Program-made: the position numbers and the translations under genes
Assembly: GCA_011109175.1 (NCBI GenBank)
Contig: RDEW01000049.1
Span: 114,157-147,156, forward strand
Direction of reading: 5' to 3'
Origin: Dicyema japonicum
Lineage: Eukaryota > Animalia > Dicyemida
Length of the DNA: 33,000 nucleotides
Shown: positions 1 to 13,036 of the stretch, piece by piece
How the letters are laid out: every line of letters begins with the position of its first letter
Numbering within the stretch: the stretch's first letter is position 1
The notes under the pieces: generated by a model
What the model saw: the letters and a program-made list of their open reading frames with translations, nothing else
What the model was told of the DNA's origin: nothing
Databases searched by the model: none

Positions 1-38
1 GACACTAACTTGACTTTAAAAAATGTTTCTTTCTTTGC

Positions 39-112
39 GATGGCAACACCCCGAAGGGATAACGATACTCCCATTCGCTAATGGTCGAAACATTGCTGCG
101 GCGTTCACATGT
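39..112 (+). mobile_element. CRE-like non-LTR retrotransposon, restriction-like endonuclease (RLE) fragment
   Basis: With one frameshift it reads DG-HPEGITILPFANGRNIAAAFTC, resembling the CRE RLE motif DGKRPDG.T.FPF..GR...WD.TC. It abuts the next element directly. Confidence 0.55.
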
Positions 113-540
113 TAAAAAATACTCTCCAACAAATTTGGCTGGAATCCAGTTTATGACACCGAAGATCATAAAACTAGACTTGTTCCACAAAGTTCAGCTG
201 TAAAAAAACAGGAACTACTTGGCCCACGAGAAATCGAGAAATGCATTATTTAAGAGATGTAGCACTATACCTATCAGTTTAGAATTACTGGAATCCAGAA
301 GGAAGCTTTTCGGACACGTGCGAGGATGGAATTAACATCCCCACCTAACAAATCTATGGAAACATACTATGTTAGTCAAGAAGGCCGCTATCGTCGAAGA
401 CCAAATACAACAATGCCAACAGTTTTACAAAAAAAAAACCTCGTTAAAATTAAAAGAAATTTAAAAACTGCCGACGACCTTGACACTATGGTCCACATAG
501 ATGGTGGCAACTCTGAAATAATGATTATATGTTGTGTTGT
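113..540 (+). mobile_element. 3' end of an RTE/RTEX-like LINE ORF, degenerate
   Basis: KLDLFHKVQL...NALFKRCSTIPIS...RRKLFGHV, frameshift, then RMELTSPPNKSM...YRRRPNTTMPTVL...LKTADDL. This matches the post-RT C-terminus pattern LFGHILR...RGRPxTT. Confidence 0.7.
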
Positions 541-547
541 TTAATTA

Positions 548-1750
548 AATCGTGTCCTTTGAGATCGCATGAACGAGTTTCCTCAACTCTCCCCGATCCG
601 TTGCAATTTGGAGTAGCCTTGATATAAGAATTCCCGTAACCTCCTCCACCGTGGATAGCTACCAAGTCTTTGGTCGGCCAGGTCTTCTCTTCCGAGTGAT
701 ATTGCTCAGCATATTGGTTCTTTCAAGGGAATCAAAGCGGACAACATGCCCAAAAAACGCCATTCTGTGTTTTACGATTCTTCCTTTAGCGAAATGTCCG
801 TTTCCACCCGTTTGAGTACATCAATGTTTTTAATTTAAAAGTCCAATGGATTCTTACTAACCTCCTTCAGTACCACAGCTCAAAAGCATCAATTTTTCGT
901 CTATCCACTTTTTTCAGTATCCATGATTCTCCGCGGAATAGGAAAACCGGTAACACGATTACATTAACCAGTCTGCATTTGGTCCTTAATCAAACATCTT
1001 TGCTTTTCCAAATTCTATTCATTCTCTGGAAGGTGTCTCGTCCCATGGCAATTCGCCTCTTGATTTCCAAACCTCCGTCATTATTCCGATTAATTAGACT
1101 TCCCAGAAAGACAAAATTATCTCAAATCTCTTGTTTCTTATTCCCAATTTTTTAGTTCCATTATTAGCAGTAGTCATAATTTCGGTCTTCTTGATATTTA
1201 GCAATAAACCAAAGACGACGCTCTATTCTCTGAATCTTAGAATCAACTCCCTGAGGCCATCCTCTGTTTCAGCCAGTAAGGTTGCATCGTCAGCATAGCG
1301 CAAATTATTGATGTTGCTTCATCCAATTTTAATCCCTTTTTTGATACAGTATCCAATTTAGTCATGATCATTTCGGCATAAATATTGAATAGGATGGGAG
1401 ATAATAAGCATCCTTGTCTTACTCCTTTACTAATTTTAAACCAATCGGTATCTCCATACACTGTTCTAACAGTAGCTTCTTGATCCTTATAAAGAGATTT
1501 GATAAGCAATATCAGATGGGCATCGAATCCAAATTCTTTTAAAGCGGACCACAGCTTGTCATGTATAACGGAATCAAAAGCTTTCCGATAGTCAATGAAG
1601 CACATGTATACACTCTTTTGGGATTCATGGGCTTTCTCCATAATCCACCGGACATTTGCTATATGGTCACGTGTGCCTCGTCCCTTCCTGAATCTTGCTT
1701 GGACATCCGGTAGAATCATTTCGGCATTTGGCATTAGACGATGTTGTATA
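548..1750 (-). mobile_element. 5'-truncated RTE (BovB-like) LINE, RT and C-terminus, frameshifted
   Basis: ORF 1243..1776 has QARFRKGRGTRDHI, CFIDYRKAFDSV and GVRQGCLLSPILFN. After a frameshift comes NLRYADD (YADD at 1286-1297), then LNIKKT, FLGS, EIKRRIAM, ESW..KKVDRRKIDAFELW, FFGHV and RPGRP, with stops. Confidence 0.92.
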
Positions 1751-2036
1751 ATGTCACAGGCGCAACAGTTTATCAAATTAATGATTTAATTTATCAAATT
1801 AATATATATAATTTGACCAAACTAGTGCAACAACAACAACAACGATTTATTGACAAAAGAGTTAAGGAGATTTCTGGAGGGTATTACATCTGAGTCCTAC
1901 CATAAGGCTTGGACTCCACACCTGGACCCTTCCTCCTTTTTTTTATTATTAATCTTTTTCGGAACGTTTCTCCCAGCTTTTTAATCTTTATTCTCCCAGC
2001 TTTATGTATGTGTCCTGGACCTTTGATCTCCTCCTG

Positions 2037-2250
2037 AAACCATTGATCCGATCCTCCACAATCTTGCTAATCGGTTCCAGGAGCTTGTTTTCGTCCTCGT
2101 TTAGACAGTCTTTCAGTTTCATTTTTAAGGAGAGCTTAATTGCAAACCATTGATCCGATCCTCCACAATCTTGCTAATCGGTTCCAGGAGCTTGTTTTCG
2201 TCCTCGTTTAGACAGTCTATCAGTTTCTTTTTTAAGGAGAGCTCAATTGC
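2037..2250. repeat. Tandem duplication, 107 bp unit (2037-2143 / 2144-2250)
   Basis: Direct comparison; 3 mismatches. Confidence 0.95.
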
Positions 2251-2342
2251 AGCTCTTCTAGTCTTCTCTAGGAGGGATAAGATCTTGTCCCTTTTCGGAG
2301 AGAAGAACCACCCCTCGCACCCATAAAGTAGGCTAGGGAGAA

Positions 2343-2660
2343 TAACTCCCTTGAAGATAAACAGGTAAGTGTCACGGCTAACGTGTAACTTCCGTGTACA
2401 TAAGAGCGACTAAAAGGCTCTCTTTCTCCTCCCCTTTATGTTGTCCATGTAATCTCCTGCGTGTCCATAGTCGACCCCCAGGTAGCGCAGAATGTGTGGA
2501 TTAACTCCCTTGAAGATAAACAGGTAAGTGTCACGGCTAACGTGTAACTTCCGTGTACATAAGAGCGACTGAAAGGCTCTCTTTCTCCTCCCCTTTATGT
2601 TGTCCATGTAATCTCCTGCGTGTCCATAGTCGACCCCCAGGTAGCGCAGACTGTGTGGAT
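2343..2660. repeat. Tandem duplication, 159 bp unit (2343-2501 / 2502-2660)
   Basis: Direct comparison; 2 mismatches. It duplicates the RYLGV region of the LINE. Confidence 0.95.
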
Positions 2661-3857
2661 TGTTTACTCACAGTGTGTTTTCTTGTTTCAGGTGCTTTTT
2701 CTAACTGCTTATTCGGAGTGCGCAAGATTTTTCAGCAGAGACTTTTAGCCCTCTCAAGTTGCACCAATGCTCAATCTGGTCGACATACTCCCGGATTCTT
2801 CCTTCGGATATAGAAGATTTTAGAGATGTGTCCACAACGATTACGTCATCTGCATAAATAAGAAGACTAGTATTAATATTCCTCGGACGTGGAAAACTCG
2901 CCATAAATATATTAAACAAAATAGGGCTCAATACTGAACCTTGAGGGACTCCTCTTTTGAATGATATTGCATCAGATATATATCCACACACCTTCACAAA
3001 AAATTGTTTTTCCTGAAGATAATTTCTTAGCCAAACAAATAGGTATCTTGGAACATATGCTGATACAAGCTGCTTTAACAACGCTTCATGGCATACACTC
3101 TCGAATGTTTTAGAGATATCAAGACATAATAAGTTTATTTTTCTCTTAGAATCCTTTGCTTTCATGATCTCAGAATTCAGTAGAAAGAAACAGTCTGTAC
3201 AGCCTCTTCCGGGACGAAAACCACACTGCTCCGGAATCAGAAAGTTGTTTTCTTCTATATGTCTACTTAGCCTTTTGAAAATGATACGTTCAATCACTTT
3301 CGCGAAAGAACATATTAAGCTAATTGGTCTGTAGCTTGTCGGATCTCTCTTTGGCTTCCCTGGTTTTGGAATCATCCTCGCAACAGCTATCTTCCATATT
3401 AAAGGCAAGTGGCCAAGTCGCAAACACCCATCATAAAAACATCGCAGATAGTCAAACAAACTATCCGGACACTCTTTGATAAGTTTCATTGATATGTGGC
3501 CATATCCTGGAGCATTGACCTTGCATTCCCTGATAGCTGTCATCACTTCAAAGATGCTGACAGAGCTAACAGCAATAGGTAGTTCTCGTCGGAGTGTTCA
3601 AATATATCGGCAGACACCTTTTTTTGTCATCAGGGATCAAACTCCACGGATCCACACCCTGAATTTTTTGGAGCTGATCCCTGAATATCGAAGGTGTTTC
3701 CTTCGTTATGCATACTCCCCCGTCTGGTTTATCCAGTATAATTTTTTCTGGACCCGACTTCGGACACATTATCTTCTGACAGCATTTCCAAAAAAAGGGA
3801 TTCTTCATATCAATTTTTGCAGCCTCAGCCTTTCCCCTCATAGTTGTTAAAATAACG

Positions 3858-4180
3858 ATAGAAGAACTCGATAACCTTAAAAAAAACTTACTCCCAGTTA
3901 GAAACGAGGTACTTACTAAGTAACCGAATAAGACCATTTCCGAGAAGGACTGGACTGACTTTATTGAGAATGCCTACACAAATCTATTGAGTCTACGGAC
4001 GACTTTATTTTTCGATCATTTGTACCATTCTGTTTCACATAAGGACTTAATTTCGTAAATTTTTAAGATCCCCACCACGTGACGCTCCCGTGTGATAAAG
4101 AAGGCGACAAATATACAAGAGAATGCAACCCTTCTGACAATGAAGTAAATGAGTTGGTGAAAAGATCCTCTCAGGTTGTC
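3858..4180 (+). pseudogene. Unidentified host-gene fragment with candidate micro-introns
   Basis: Removing GT..AG 3909-3932 (24 nt) removes an in-frame stop (…PVRNE|TISEKDWTDFIEN…). A second candidate intron lies at 4022-4043 (22 nt). Frameshifts remain and the family is not recognised. Confidence 0.3.
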
Positions 4181-5029
4181 ATTGTCGCTTGAACTCATCG
4201 ATAATAATGATAATATAAAAGACCTTGAAAATTGTATTGAGAATCTGGAGTTTTTGTTAAATGACGATTAGTTTTTTGATGTTTTTGTTAGATTTGCTTC
4301 CATATTTAAATTCGGTGATTTTTAGTCCGGTAGTTAAGTTTTTTACCGATGTTGCCTGACAGCCAGGGACATTCTACGGAGACATTGATTTGGAGTTGTC
4401 TCAGAGGGGGAAACGATTAGATGGACTATAAGAAGGACAGTAATGGAGGGTACACTGCTTTCTATTTGTCAGGTTGCAACGCTTTTGCATGACAGTTCCA
4501 TTGTGAATGTGCTTTTGCATGACAGTTCCATCGTCTTCTCTGGGAGCGTCCAAACTGACTGGCATCACTAGTTCAATTACCATGTAAAGTGACATACTCA
4601 CTAAACCAACTTAATATGAGGTCATTTAAAACAAACACTTGATAAACTCAGGGTTATGATAATTTCAACATTTCCAGAACTTTTGGGCAATCTCACTAAC
4701 ACGATCCACCAACGTACGAAATACGTTTGGAATACAATTTTGAGACAGACATTGTTTAAGAGCAAAATCAGTTCAGAGATATAAATAAACAACATTTAGA
4801 TCACTATACAGAAATTATTTCACCAGCATCTAATATGGAAACAATTTAGATTGTCTTGTTACGTAATAAATCGTTTTTGTTCCAAAAAATTATTGTGATA
4901 AAAAGTCTAGAAAAGTAGCTATTCGTTTATGAAGTTAATTTTTATTTTTTTATCATATTTTTAATTTATGTTTTTAAAACATTCAATATTTTTTCCTAGT
5001 GATTGAAGTTGCTTGCGTTTTTTGTATTC

Positions 5030-5370
5030 TAATGAGCGATTGGCTGAATGACTAGATCTTCGTAGTCACAGAGGCGCGTTCCATAGTTCATTCCTATCGT
5101 GGCCTCGAGAGGCATTGGTGTCTGGAACTCTCCAGAAATCCAGCGTTCCGGATTTTGAAGGCTCTTTTTCAACAAGCATCGATCTTCATGACATTTGTCC
5201 AAGAGATGAATTGGCCTAAAAATTACATGCGTAAGAAATCATTGTTCAATGTATTGTTTGTATATAGTACATAAAATTGGATGATTTCTGTACTTCCATT
5301 AGCAAGTGAGACTGTTCAAGACATAGACTTCTTTTTTGCATTTTGTTATAACGTTTTCTACATATCTTAC
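5030..5370 (-). mobile_element. Diverged 3' fragment of the LINE family at 14337-15150
   Basis: Nucleotide similarity to 14430-14580 and 14710-15040; translates VENVITKCKKEVYVL...IYKQYIE. Confidence 0.75.
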
Positions 5371-5709
5371 CATTATTACGACACTCAAGAAGCTATCAAT
5401 CGCATGCATTTGAATAGCTGAGACAGAAAATTCTGTATTTGACCATAAACTGTCAGGTTGGGGGTCTTCTTTATTATAAGAGAGTTTATTGTATTCAATA
5501 GTCTGCTGAGGACCATAAAATCAACGAAAATGTTTAATAGTGTTCCTTTTCGAACTACAAACAGACGATTGATCTTTTTGAGAAGCTGTGTGCTGAGAAT
5601 CAGTATTATTGGCTCATCACTAGGGCGATTTTTATGAAGTCAAAAATTCATATGTTCTTTAAAATTCTGTCTCACGGAACAAGTGCCTTTCTGTGTCTCA
5701 CGAAAACTC

Positions 5710-6195
5710 ACTTTTGTCTATGTGGGTGGATGTGAAAAAGCTTACGATTCAGTTGATCATTTTTACCTTGTCGAGTGCCTACACAGTCTGTGTATGCCTG
5801 TGTGGTTCATCAACTTTGTAGTGGCTGTGATGAATAGGTGGAGTATTTATCTGAACTATAATGGGCACCGGATAAGCGAGGTAAAACTCAAGAGGGGGAT
5901 CCTTCACGGGAATAGCTGCTCTTTGTTCTCTGTTTGGAGCCATAGAGTCGCCGTCCCAATGACCGGTTTGAACAAATACCAGTTCATTGTGAGGGGGTTT
6001 GTTTCAGTACAGATCACCTTCACTTTATCGATGACCTGAAGATGTATGCTCTACTCCATAAGGGTCTGTGCCAGGGAAATCTTTGAGAGTATACGACTAG
6101 ATTTGAATTATTCAAAATCTGCGACTAACACGAAAGTATGTAGCGAGATAGTAAGAGTCCTAGAAGAACACGAAGGATATAAGTATCTGGGTGTT
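5710..6195 (+). mobile_element. R4/Dong-like non-LTR reverse transcriptase fragment, frameshifted
   Basis: KAYDSVDH, LKRGILHGNS, HLHFIDDLK (FIDD at 6024-6035), LDLNYSKSATN and EGYKYLGV occur in RT motif order across three frames. Confidence 0.85.
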
Positions 6196-6240
6196 ACCTT
6201 TAACTTTTTTCTCAGTGTATCCGGGGTTAATAAATTAAAT

Positions 6241-6800
6241 TAATAACGTGCTTATTATTTAATTGGTAAATCAGTTGGTTCTTAGCAGACTAAATAGACA
6301 TTTTACATCCAAGCATCCGGACTATTCCAAAAAATCTGTGGATTATTTTATGCATTTGAAAAACAACACAAATTTTATTTAGTTTTTATTATGCATTTTA
6401 GATCCAGTCAAATGTCGTTTAGTGATACTATTGAGTTCAACTGAATCATTAAAATGTTCATATCTGATTTTTGAATTTATTTCAAAATTATTGAAACCTC
6501 ATACAATTATAAAAATGATAATCCCTGATTGTCGTATCACATTCTGACTATGTTTGGTCATAAATATGAGCAAAAATAATGATATACCTTTTTCAGATAA
6601 TACTGTTTAATGTAAGATTTGTTATTTGTCGGAGAATATTGAAAACAATGTTTTATTTTCTATTAAGAAACTCGTTTTTCATTACAACTTGTCCATTAAA
6701 TTGCCAATTTTTGTACTCACTTTTACGTAGCCGAAAAAATTTAAATTTTCATTTTTACGATTAGTCTCCCGCGAGAATTATTTTCTGAAAACCTCTGATT
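6241..6800 (+). mobile_element. hAT (Buster/ZBED-like) transposase remnant
   Basis: SRLNRHFTSKHP...VDYF, SYLIFEFISKLLKPHTI, MFG, IPFSDNTV and FSLQL are collinear with Buster-type transposases; stops and frameshifts present. Confidence 0.8.
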
Positions 6801-6899
6801 TAAAGATAAGATATTTTCTGTATTTTTTCATGGATGAAGTGCTATACAATTAATCAAATAAATAATCTCAAAATTGTGACATAGAAAACAAATTAAATA

Positions 6900-7764
6900 T
6901 TAATAATTTAAATTGTTACGTCTTAATGAATTGTAACGTGTTCGCCGTCGTTTAATTATAAAAAAGATTCCACAGATAATTGTAATTCCACCAATTACAC
7001 AAATTTCCATTATATATTTGTTATCTAAAGTTATATATTTATGTACTTTTTTGAATAATAATAGTTGTTGAAGTATATTTTTTGCTTTTTGATGTGAATA
7101 GTGCCGTTGACTGTAATTTGAGATTTGTTCTTATATCATTTTGACATTCAAGTTCTAAATAATGATTAATTTAAAATAACTATTTCCGGTAAAACTTGTT
7201 CTATTATCTATAAATGATAATTTTATTTTCAAATCACTTATAATGACTTTATCATATGGAGGGAAATATAGAACACTTTTGCTACATTTATAATAACTGT
7301 TATTTGTAAATTTCTCAGGAAAATCAAATAATCTATCAGGGTCTAAGTTAATAAACAAATTTCTTTACATTTATGGTTGTATGCTAATAATTCTAAACGA
7401 ACAGATAATAAACGTTCTGTAGTAAAAGATTTGCTAGTAAATATCAATTTTATGTCAATTTTTCTTCCATAAAAACATAACTTCACCATATTCAGTATTT
7501 TTTAATTCAAATTTTGCATCATTTAAATTTTCATGTAAAATCTTTTTTAATATAATGAGATTACAGTATTATTGATATTGTATGAAACATCAATTCTTCC
7601 TTTAAATAAAACTAAACGCTAGTATCCTCTCTAGCAACCCACATTGGCACTCCATTATCAATTATTTTTGAAATTATAATTTCACTCATCATTGATTTAT
7701 AAATGATTATACATGAAAATACTGGTAATATTATTAATTATTATAAACCTATTAATTGGAACAT
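6900..7764 (-). pseudogene. Type I membrane protein pseudogene (signal-like N-terminus, TM helix, short tail)
   Basis: ATG at 7764; removing the 27-nt intron 7722-7748 gives MFQLIVFSCIIIY; a 26-nt intron lies at 7155-7180. C-terminus EICVIGGITIICGIFFIIKRRRTRYNSL...* (stop 6900-6902). Several internal frameshifts and stops. Confidence 0.55.
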
Positions 7765-7964
7765 TCACACAACGTTATTGTCACAATTAATCACAATCTA
7801 GCAACCCACATTGGCACTCCATTATCAATTATTTTTGAAATTATAATTTCACTCATCATTGATTTATAAATGATTATACGTGAAAATACTGGTAATATTA
7901 TTAATTATTATAAACCTATTAATTGGAACATTCACACAACATTATTGTCACAATTAATCACAAT
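7631..7964. repeat. Tandem duplication, 167 bp unit (7631-7797 / 7798-7964)
   Basis: Direct comparison; 2 mismatches. Confidence 0.95.
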
Positions 7965-8077
7965 TTTTATTAAAATAAAATCAAATAAATTTAATAAAAT
8001 ATTATTTAATTATTAACATAATTAGTTAATGAGATCCCTCAAAGTCAAACATAGAGTTATATTACAAGTAGATTCTT

Positions 8078-8361
8078 CAAATTGTAAACAAACGATATTA
8101 TCAATTCAATAAAATTAAGTTAAACAGTGATAAAATCTGACCAAGAAAATTGTTGATTCTTCACAGAAGACAGAGATCTGGGATTTTTATTTAAATTTAT
8201 GTTTTCTAATAATTATAATCAAATTGTAAACAAACGATATTATCAATTCAATAAAATTAAGTTAAACAGTGATAAAATCTGACCAAGAAAATTGTTGATT
8301 CTTCACAGAAGACAGAGATCTGGGATTTTTATTTAAATTTATGTTTTCTAATAATTATAAT
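8078..8361. repeat. Tandem duplication, 142 bp unit (8078-8219 / 8220-8361)
   Basis: Direct comparison; no mismatch seen. Confidence 0.95.
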
Positions 8362-10079
8362 TTTAATTTTTAAATATCAATTAAATCATTCTTTTTTGTG
8401 GAAGGTGATGTTTGTTATGTGACAAATCAATTCCTGACTGAGGAGATAGTCGACCTGGAAAAGGAAGAAATTTAAGTCAGTCCTCTTAATCATTTACTCA
8501 GGCAGTCTGCCAGAACAAACAAGTATTGATAAGCTCCGAAACAATGAGAAACCGTTAGCTAGAGCGAAGGCATTGTTATAGGTTTGCTACTCTTGGGTCA
8601 TTCAGGCACTATAATATGACAGATGATATATTAATTTGGAATATTTTGTGTGGTAATGATATTGCTAAAATGTGAGATAATTTCTATTCACTATTGTAGT
8701 CTTGATGGCGCATGTAATTTGGTTTATCAAAAAAAGACAAAATCAATTTTTATATTAGCGAAAATAATGCCATTAATCAGAATGAATATCATTGGCTTAA
8801 AATACGTTTCACAAATACAAATTTAACAACAAAAAATATTTATTTTATCTCAAAAGGCTAATTCTAATTAAAATGTTCTCTATCCAATTCGTGATTACAG
8901 CTTTCAAGTCTAATTTCAATAGCTGAAGATTGTCGATATTATTCAAAAAAATGAGGTAGGAAAAAATCTTTATGTTGCATACAAAGAAATCAATTGAAAA
9001 GATGTCCTACAAATATCATTTATTGAAAAATCGTGGACTCGACAACTGTAAACTGTTTCAAACATGCAAAGTTGAGTATTAGGACATCAAAGTTTATTAG
9101 GCAGATCGAGTAGCCTCTCACGATTGCAACAGATCAACTGGAGATGCCGTCGAGTCTCACGTTCGTCGAGGATAACTCAAATGTAACTGTAAACTCAATC
9201 TTATCCTCAATCTAATCAACCATTTTAACACACCTAATACGATTTCTTCTCATTAGTCCCAGTTAGATTGGAAACATTAACTATTAATTTGGTCCTTGTG
9301 CATAACTGTCATATTGTTCAGACTTTTTTTCAACACCTCTGATTCAAGTCCGTTGTTTAATTCCTTTATTTTTTAGAACCAAAAGTATTAGAAGGTAGGA
9401 TCTACCATGGTAGACAATAAATTATGAGATCAGCCAGTAGATGTTACATGTTAGTTTTTGAGTTAAATAAAATTGGTTTGTTTTGAAAAATAAAAAAAAC
9501 TAATTAATTAAAAATTGTATAATTGATAATGATGCAATATACAAAGGTATCCACTATATAATATTTTGGATAGTCTGAAGTACTGGGCAGTAGAGCAAAA
9601 TTATCAAATTTATTAAATTGAACCAGAAAATAGCTACGAAATTACAGATTGAATATATATTTCCCGCCGACTTGAATTAATTGAATATTTTTTTGAGTTA
9701 ACATTTCGACAATAATTAAATTTATTACAAAAACGTCTTATACACTAATGTTTTGAGCTCAACTCTTAGGACAAAATTTTGAGAAATCGACGTTGTAATA
9801 ATTTTGATGATTGTACTCTTGTGTTAAAAATGATAAGAACAAAACATTGATTGTACTTATCATGAATTTGCGTCAATTTAAAGTCGATCCCATACATGCT
9901 TCTAATATCATCCTCTAGTAATGTTACTTAAGTTATTCGGCTACCAAGTGGATGGGTTCACTTCAGTTATTAATATGATCTAATCTGGTATATTTTCTGC
10001 GGGAATTAATGGCTAGATAGAACCGAGGAGACATTCATACCTTTTTTAATTCATTGAGTCACAAATGTTTATTTACTTT

Positions 10080-11960
10080 CCTCTTGTCTTTGATGGACTT
10101 CTGCGTAATTTTGATAAGCATATCATTTTACGTTTGAAATCCTAGAAACAGGATATTCTTAATTTCTGCTATTAAATCTTTTTGCTACAACGAACAGTAT
10201 CGAAGATTCTATTTATGAATTAATAATATCTGTAGTAATTCTCACTTGGCTTCTCAGAGCGGATAATTCATCATGATTCTTATATTAGAAGCCCTTCTTC
10301 ACTATGTTCAGAACGTTTTGTAGTAGTAAATTTTAAATTCGCTGTCCGCCTATTTCGGCTTGTCGTTCTACAGACAAGATTGATATTCAAATAGATATTC
10401 TCAAGTCATTAGTTGCTTTATAGCACAAATAGCCAGATGATGTGTTTTCTGAAAAGTTATTCGGGTGTAACTATCATAAAGGTGGGTGTTACTCACAGAA
10501 TCGCTCTACGACTGTGATGGTTGGAAAATGGAATTGATTATATCTCCCAAACAAATTGTTAATAAAACAATAAACTCCTTGTTATTTCTTATGACTGAGG
10601 TTGCTACTACTTTCAGAGAAAGAACTCAAAACACTAATAAGTAGCTGGAAATAACCACACATAGAAGTAACTGTGGCACTCCAAAAATATCTGTACTCGA
10701 CCAATATGATCAAGTCAATTCATGCAAACAACTACACAAGACGCAAATAAAAAGCTATAAAACGAAAATGCCACAAAAAATATCATTAAGTGAATATTAT
10801 CAATTAGTATAGTCACTTTCACTCGGGAGAGACTATTAACGGGACAATCCATCAGCCCCAGAAAATCATTGAGTTTCTCATTCCTCATAGCTTTCTCAGA
10901 TCTGTCAACAGAAGAGCAGACAAAAGTCATCAATAACTGAACAAATCTAAGTATTTCCACTGACGCAGAATTTCTAGTAAGAATAAGAACACCCTAACTT
11001 CGTCATCCCACGTCGACAGACATACTCAAAATATATTTGGTTCGACTGAGATAAAAACTTCAAAAACAGTTAATAAGTTCTTCTCGACTGATATAGTCCA
11101 TTTAATTCAGAAAATCAGACACACGTTTGAATTTTTCCCACAACTCCAATGCACGTGGGTCAACCGACAGATCGAATAGAACAATTCATAAGTTTTACTA
11201 CAGTTCATGGCGTTATTATTGTATTCCATCATGTTCTCAATACTAATATATTCTTCGAGTAATATTTATCTAGCGTACTCCATTATCAGAGCTTCCACTA
11301 CCACCATGTCCGCAATAATCCACTGTTTCGCATTCTTAGCTCAGCAATTACGATCTTATTCTCAATTCGGCTCCTTAAATCACACTTCTATGAAATAATC
11401 AATCGTTGTATACAGCTTTCCTTTCTGCTGATGCTTGCTGAACCTGCAGAGAATCGCAAGTCATCTTCCCAATCCTTTCAGTATCCTCATCAATCTTCCT
11501 TTTCAGGTCTTCCATCATAGAAAGCACTATCAGTTCTTCACGTTCTTTCAGCCTCTCCTTCTCACCATTAATTTCCTCAACTCTCATTTGGAAGTACACC
11601 ATTAGTTCATCCCACTGAGTGTCTCAATATTCCACAGAAATAAGTTAGCATATTCAATAGTTTGACTTAACAATTGCCGGTTTTCATTCTACTTTAAATC
11701 AGAAGTCGATTTAATTTGGCGTATTTTCTTAGTCCCTCTGTATTCTCGTACTTTCATGCATAATAATTGAAAACCTGTCATAATATCTTATTGATATTCT
11801 AATAATATTCTGAAATTTCATCAAAGGCTTTTCTGCTACTCACATTCTCGGAGCACTCATATACAAGTTCCTCCAGCTGTCATATTTTTTCAGTATATGT
11901 TAGTATTTTAATATCTTGAGGGTTTCTTCTACCATTTTTAGAGTTTCGGGTTTCAAGGTC
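10080..11960 (-). mobile_element. Possible highly decayed Ty3/Gypsy gag-pol remnant
   Basis: Weak motifs in the expected order: gag-like (KAFDEI...YFCGI), protease-like (VVVEALI/DNG), RNase H-like (LFG..., ATNDLR) and pre-integrase (LLQNVLNIVKKG...QKDLIAEI). No catalytic motif is intact and no LTR was found. Confidence 0.35.
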
Positions 11961-12259
11961 TCGCACGTGTATTTAACTGTTAAGCATTTGTTGTGAATTT
12001 TTTGGAGATATAACTATAGTTAAAATAATAGACTCACTCGTGGAGGATTAGGTTCATGTATGCTAATGTGGTCGCTTCCATTCCTGCCTTAGTGAGTGAG
12101 CACGTAATTAGTCCAGTCTAAAAAAAGGAGTGGTTTGTTAGCGACACAAACCGACCATGCTGCTTACATTATTATTAATATTATTAACCAAAGAACAGCA
12201 ATAGTTAATTTAATTACTAAATTAATTAAGTAATCTCGAAAGCCTCAATCAGAATTCTC

Positions 12260-12615
12260 ATTTTCTCCTTGTGCGCCTTCTGTGATCAAACACAATATCT
12301 CTGTGAGTGGGGTGGTTTCGGGAATAGGAATTAAAGAGGTGTGATGTATACCCTTCTCATAAGAAACGTCGTGGCTGTGTATTGTTGAGAGTTAACTGCT
12401 TGCACAAGGTAGCAAATCCCTATCCATTTTGTTGGATAAGGTCTTCAAATGATGAAGGTATTAGTTTTTCTAGTATCCCGAGAATAGTAAAAGTACTGGC
12501 TGTTAAGGCCTAAATGTCCCAGATTCTTTGTTTGTTCGTCCAGGACAGATTGATTCCCCATGACGTACAGGCATAGCTGACAGATGGCTCAATGACTGTT
12601 TGATGTCTCATGAAC
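12260..12615 (-). mobile_element. LINE post-RT C-terminal fragment
   Basis: HQTVIEPSVSYACTSW..LSWTN aligns with YKQFIEPCISYACGIW..ISRTN of the element at 14593-15150. Confidence 0.55.
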
Positions 12616-12794
12616 TCCGGATACGTCATTAATCTATGACTGGGAGATTATATTTGAAGTACCTGTGAAATTAATATCGTGGAACTGTGGGACATCCAAC
12701 TGACAATATCATGGAACCAATAATAATTAGTAATAATAAGGCAAATTTCCACCTATCTAACATATATATTTGGTCTCCAATCAAATTCAATAAA

Positions 12795-12873
12795 ACAGTC
12801 AAGAAAACGACAATATACAACTAAAATGGTTTTGAGAGGGAATAATCAGGCAGTCTGGGCAGCCACTATTTGA
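12795..12873 (+). mobile_element. CRE-like ORF C-terminal tip
   Basis: MVLRGNNQAVWAAT* resembles ILRGNSHAVRAEAN* at 16050-16097 at both DNA and protein level. Confidence 0.4.
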
Positions 12874-13036
12874 CCATTTGCTAACGATTTTTTCCTAAAT
12901 ACATTTTTAATATGAGTTTTAAATCTTTACTTCCAAACAAATTTAATTTAAAAGTTAAGTTAAAATATTTGCTAAGAAAAAAGAGTTTAAAATAATTTTA
13001 AAAATAATTTTAAAATAATTAATTTTAAAAATTCAA

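Larger units (their letters stand above)
1828..3845 (-). mobile_element. 5'-truncated I/Jockey-group LINE with RT, 3' UTR, AATAAA and (TTG)n tail
   Basis: ORF 2701..3546: IPKPGK..SYRPISL, QCGFRPGR, LDISKTF, GVPQGSVLSPILFN, YADD. Downstream are LRYLGV and ILPSLLYGCEGW; the pre-RT linker is in ORF 3566..3937. Minus-strand AATAAA at 1846-1851 is followed by (TTG)5 at 1828-1842. Confidence 0.92.

Noticed and set aside
4350-4600. Merlin/ISXO2-like transposase (CFLFV, SIVFS) with a 21-bp repeat at 4481/4511
   Set aside because: The motifs are scattered over frames and no catalytic residue is identifiable.
9540-9910. Polinton-type packaging ATPase (FDD, NIDC)
   Set aside because: No intact Walker A; it needs several frameshifts.
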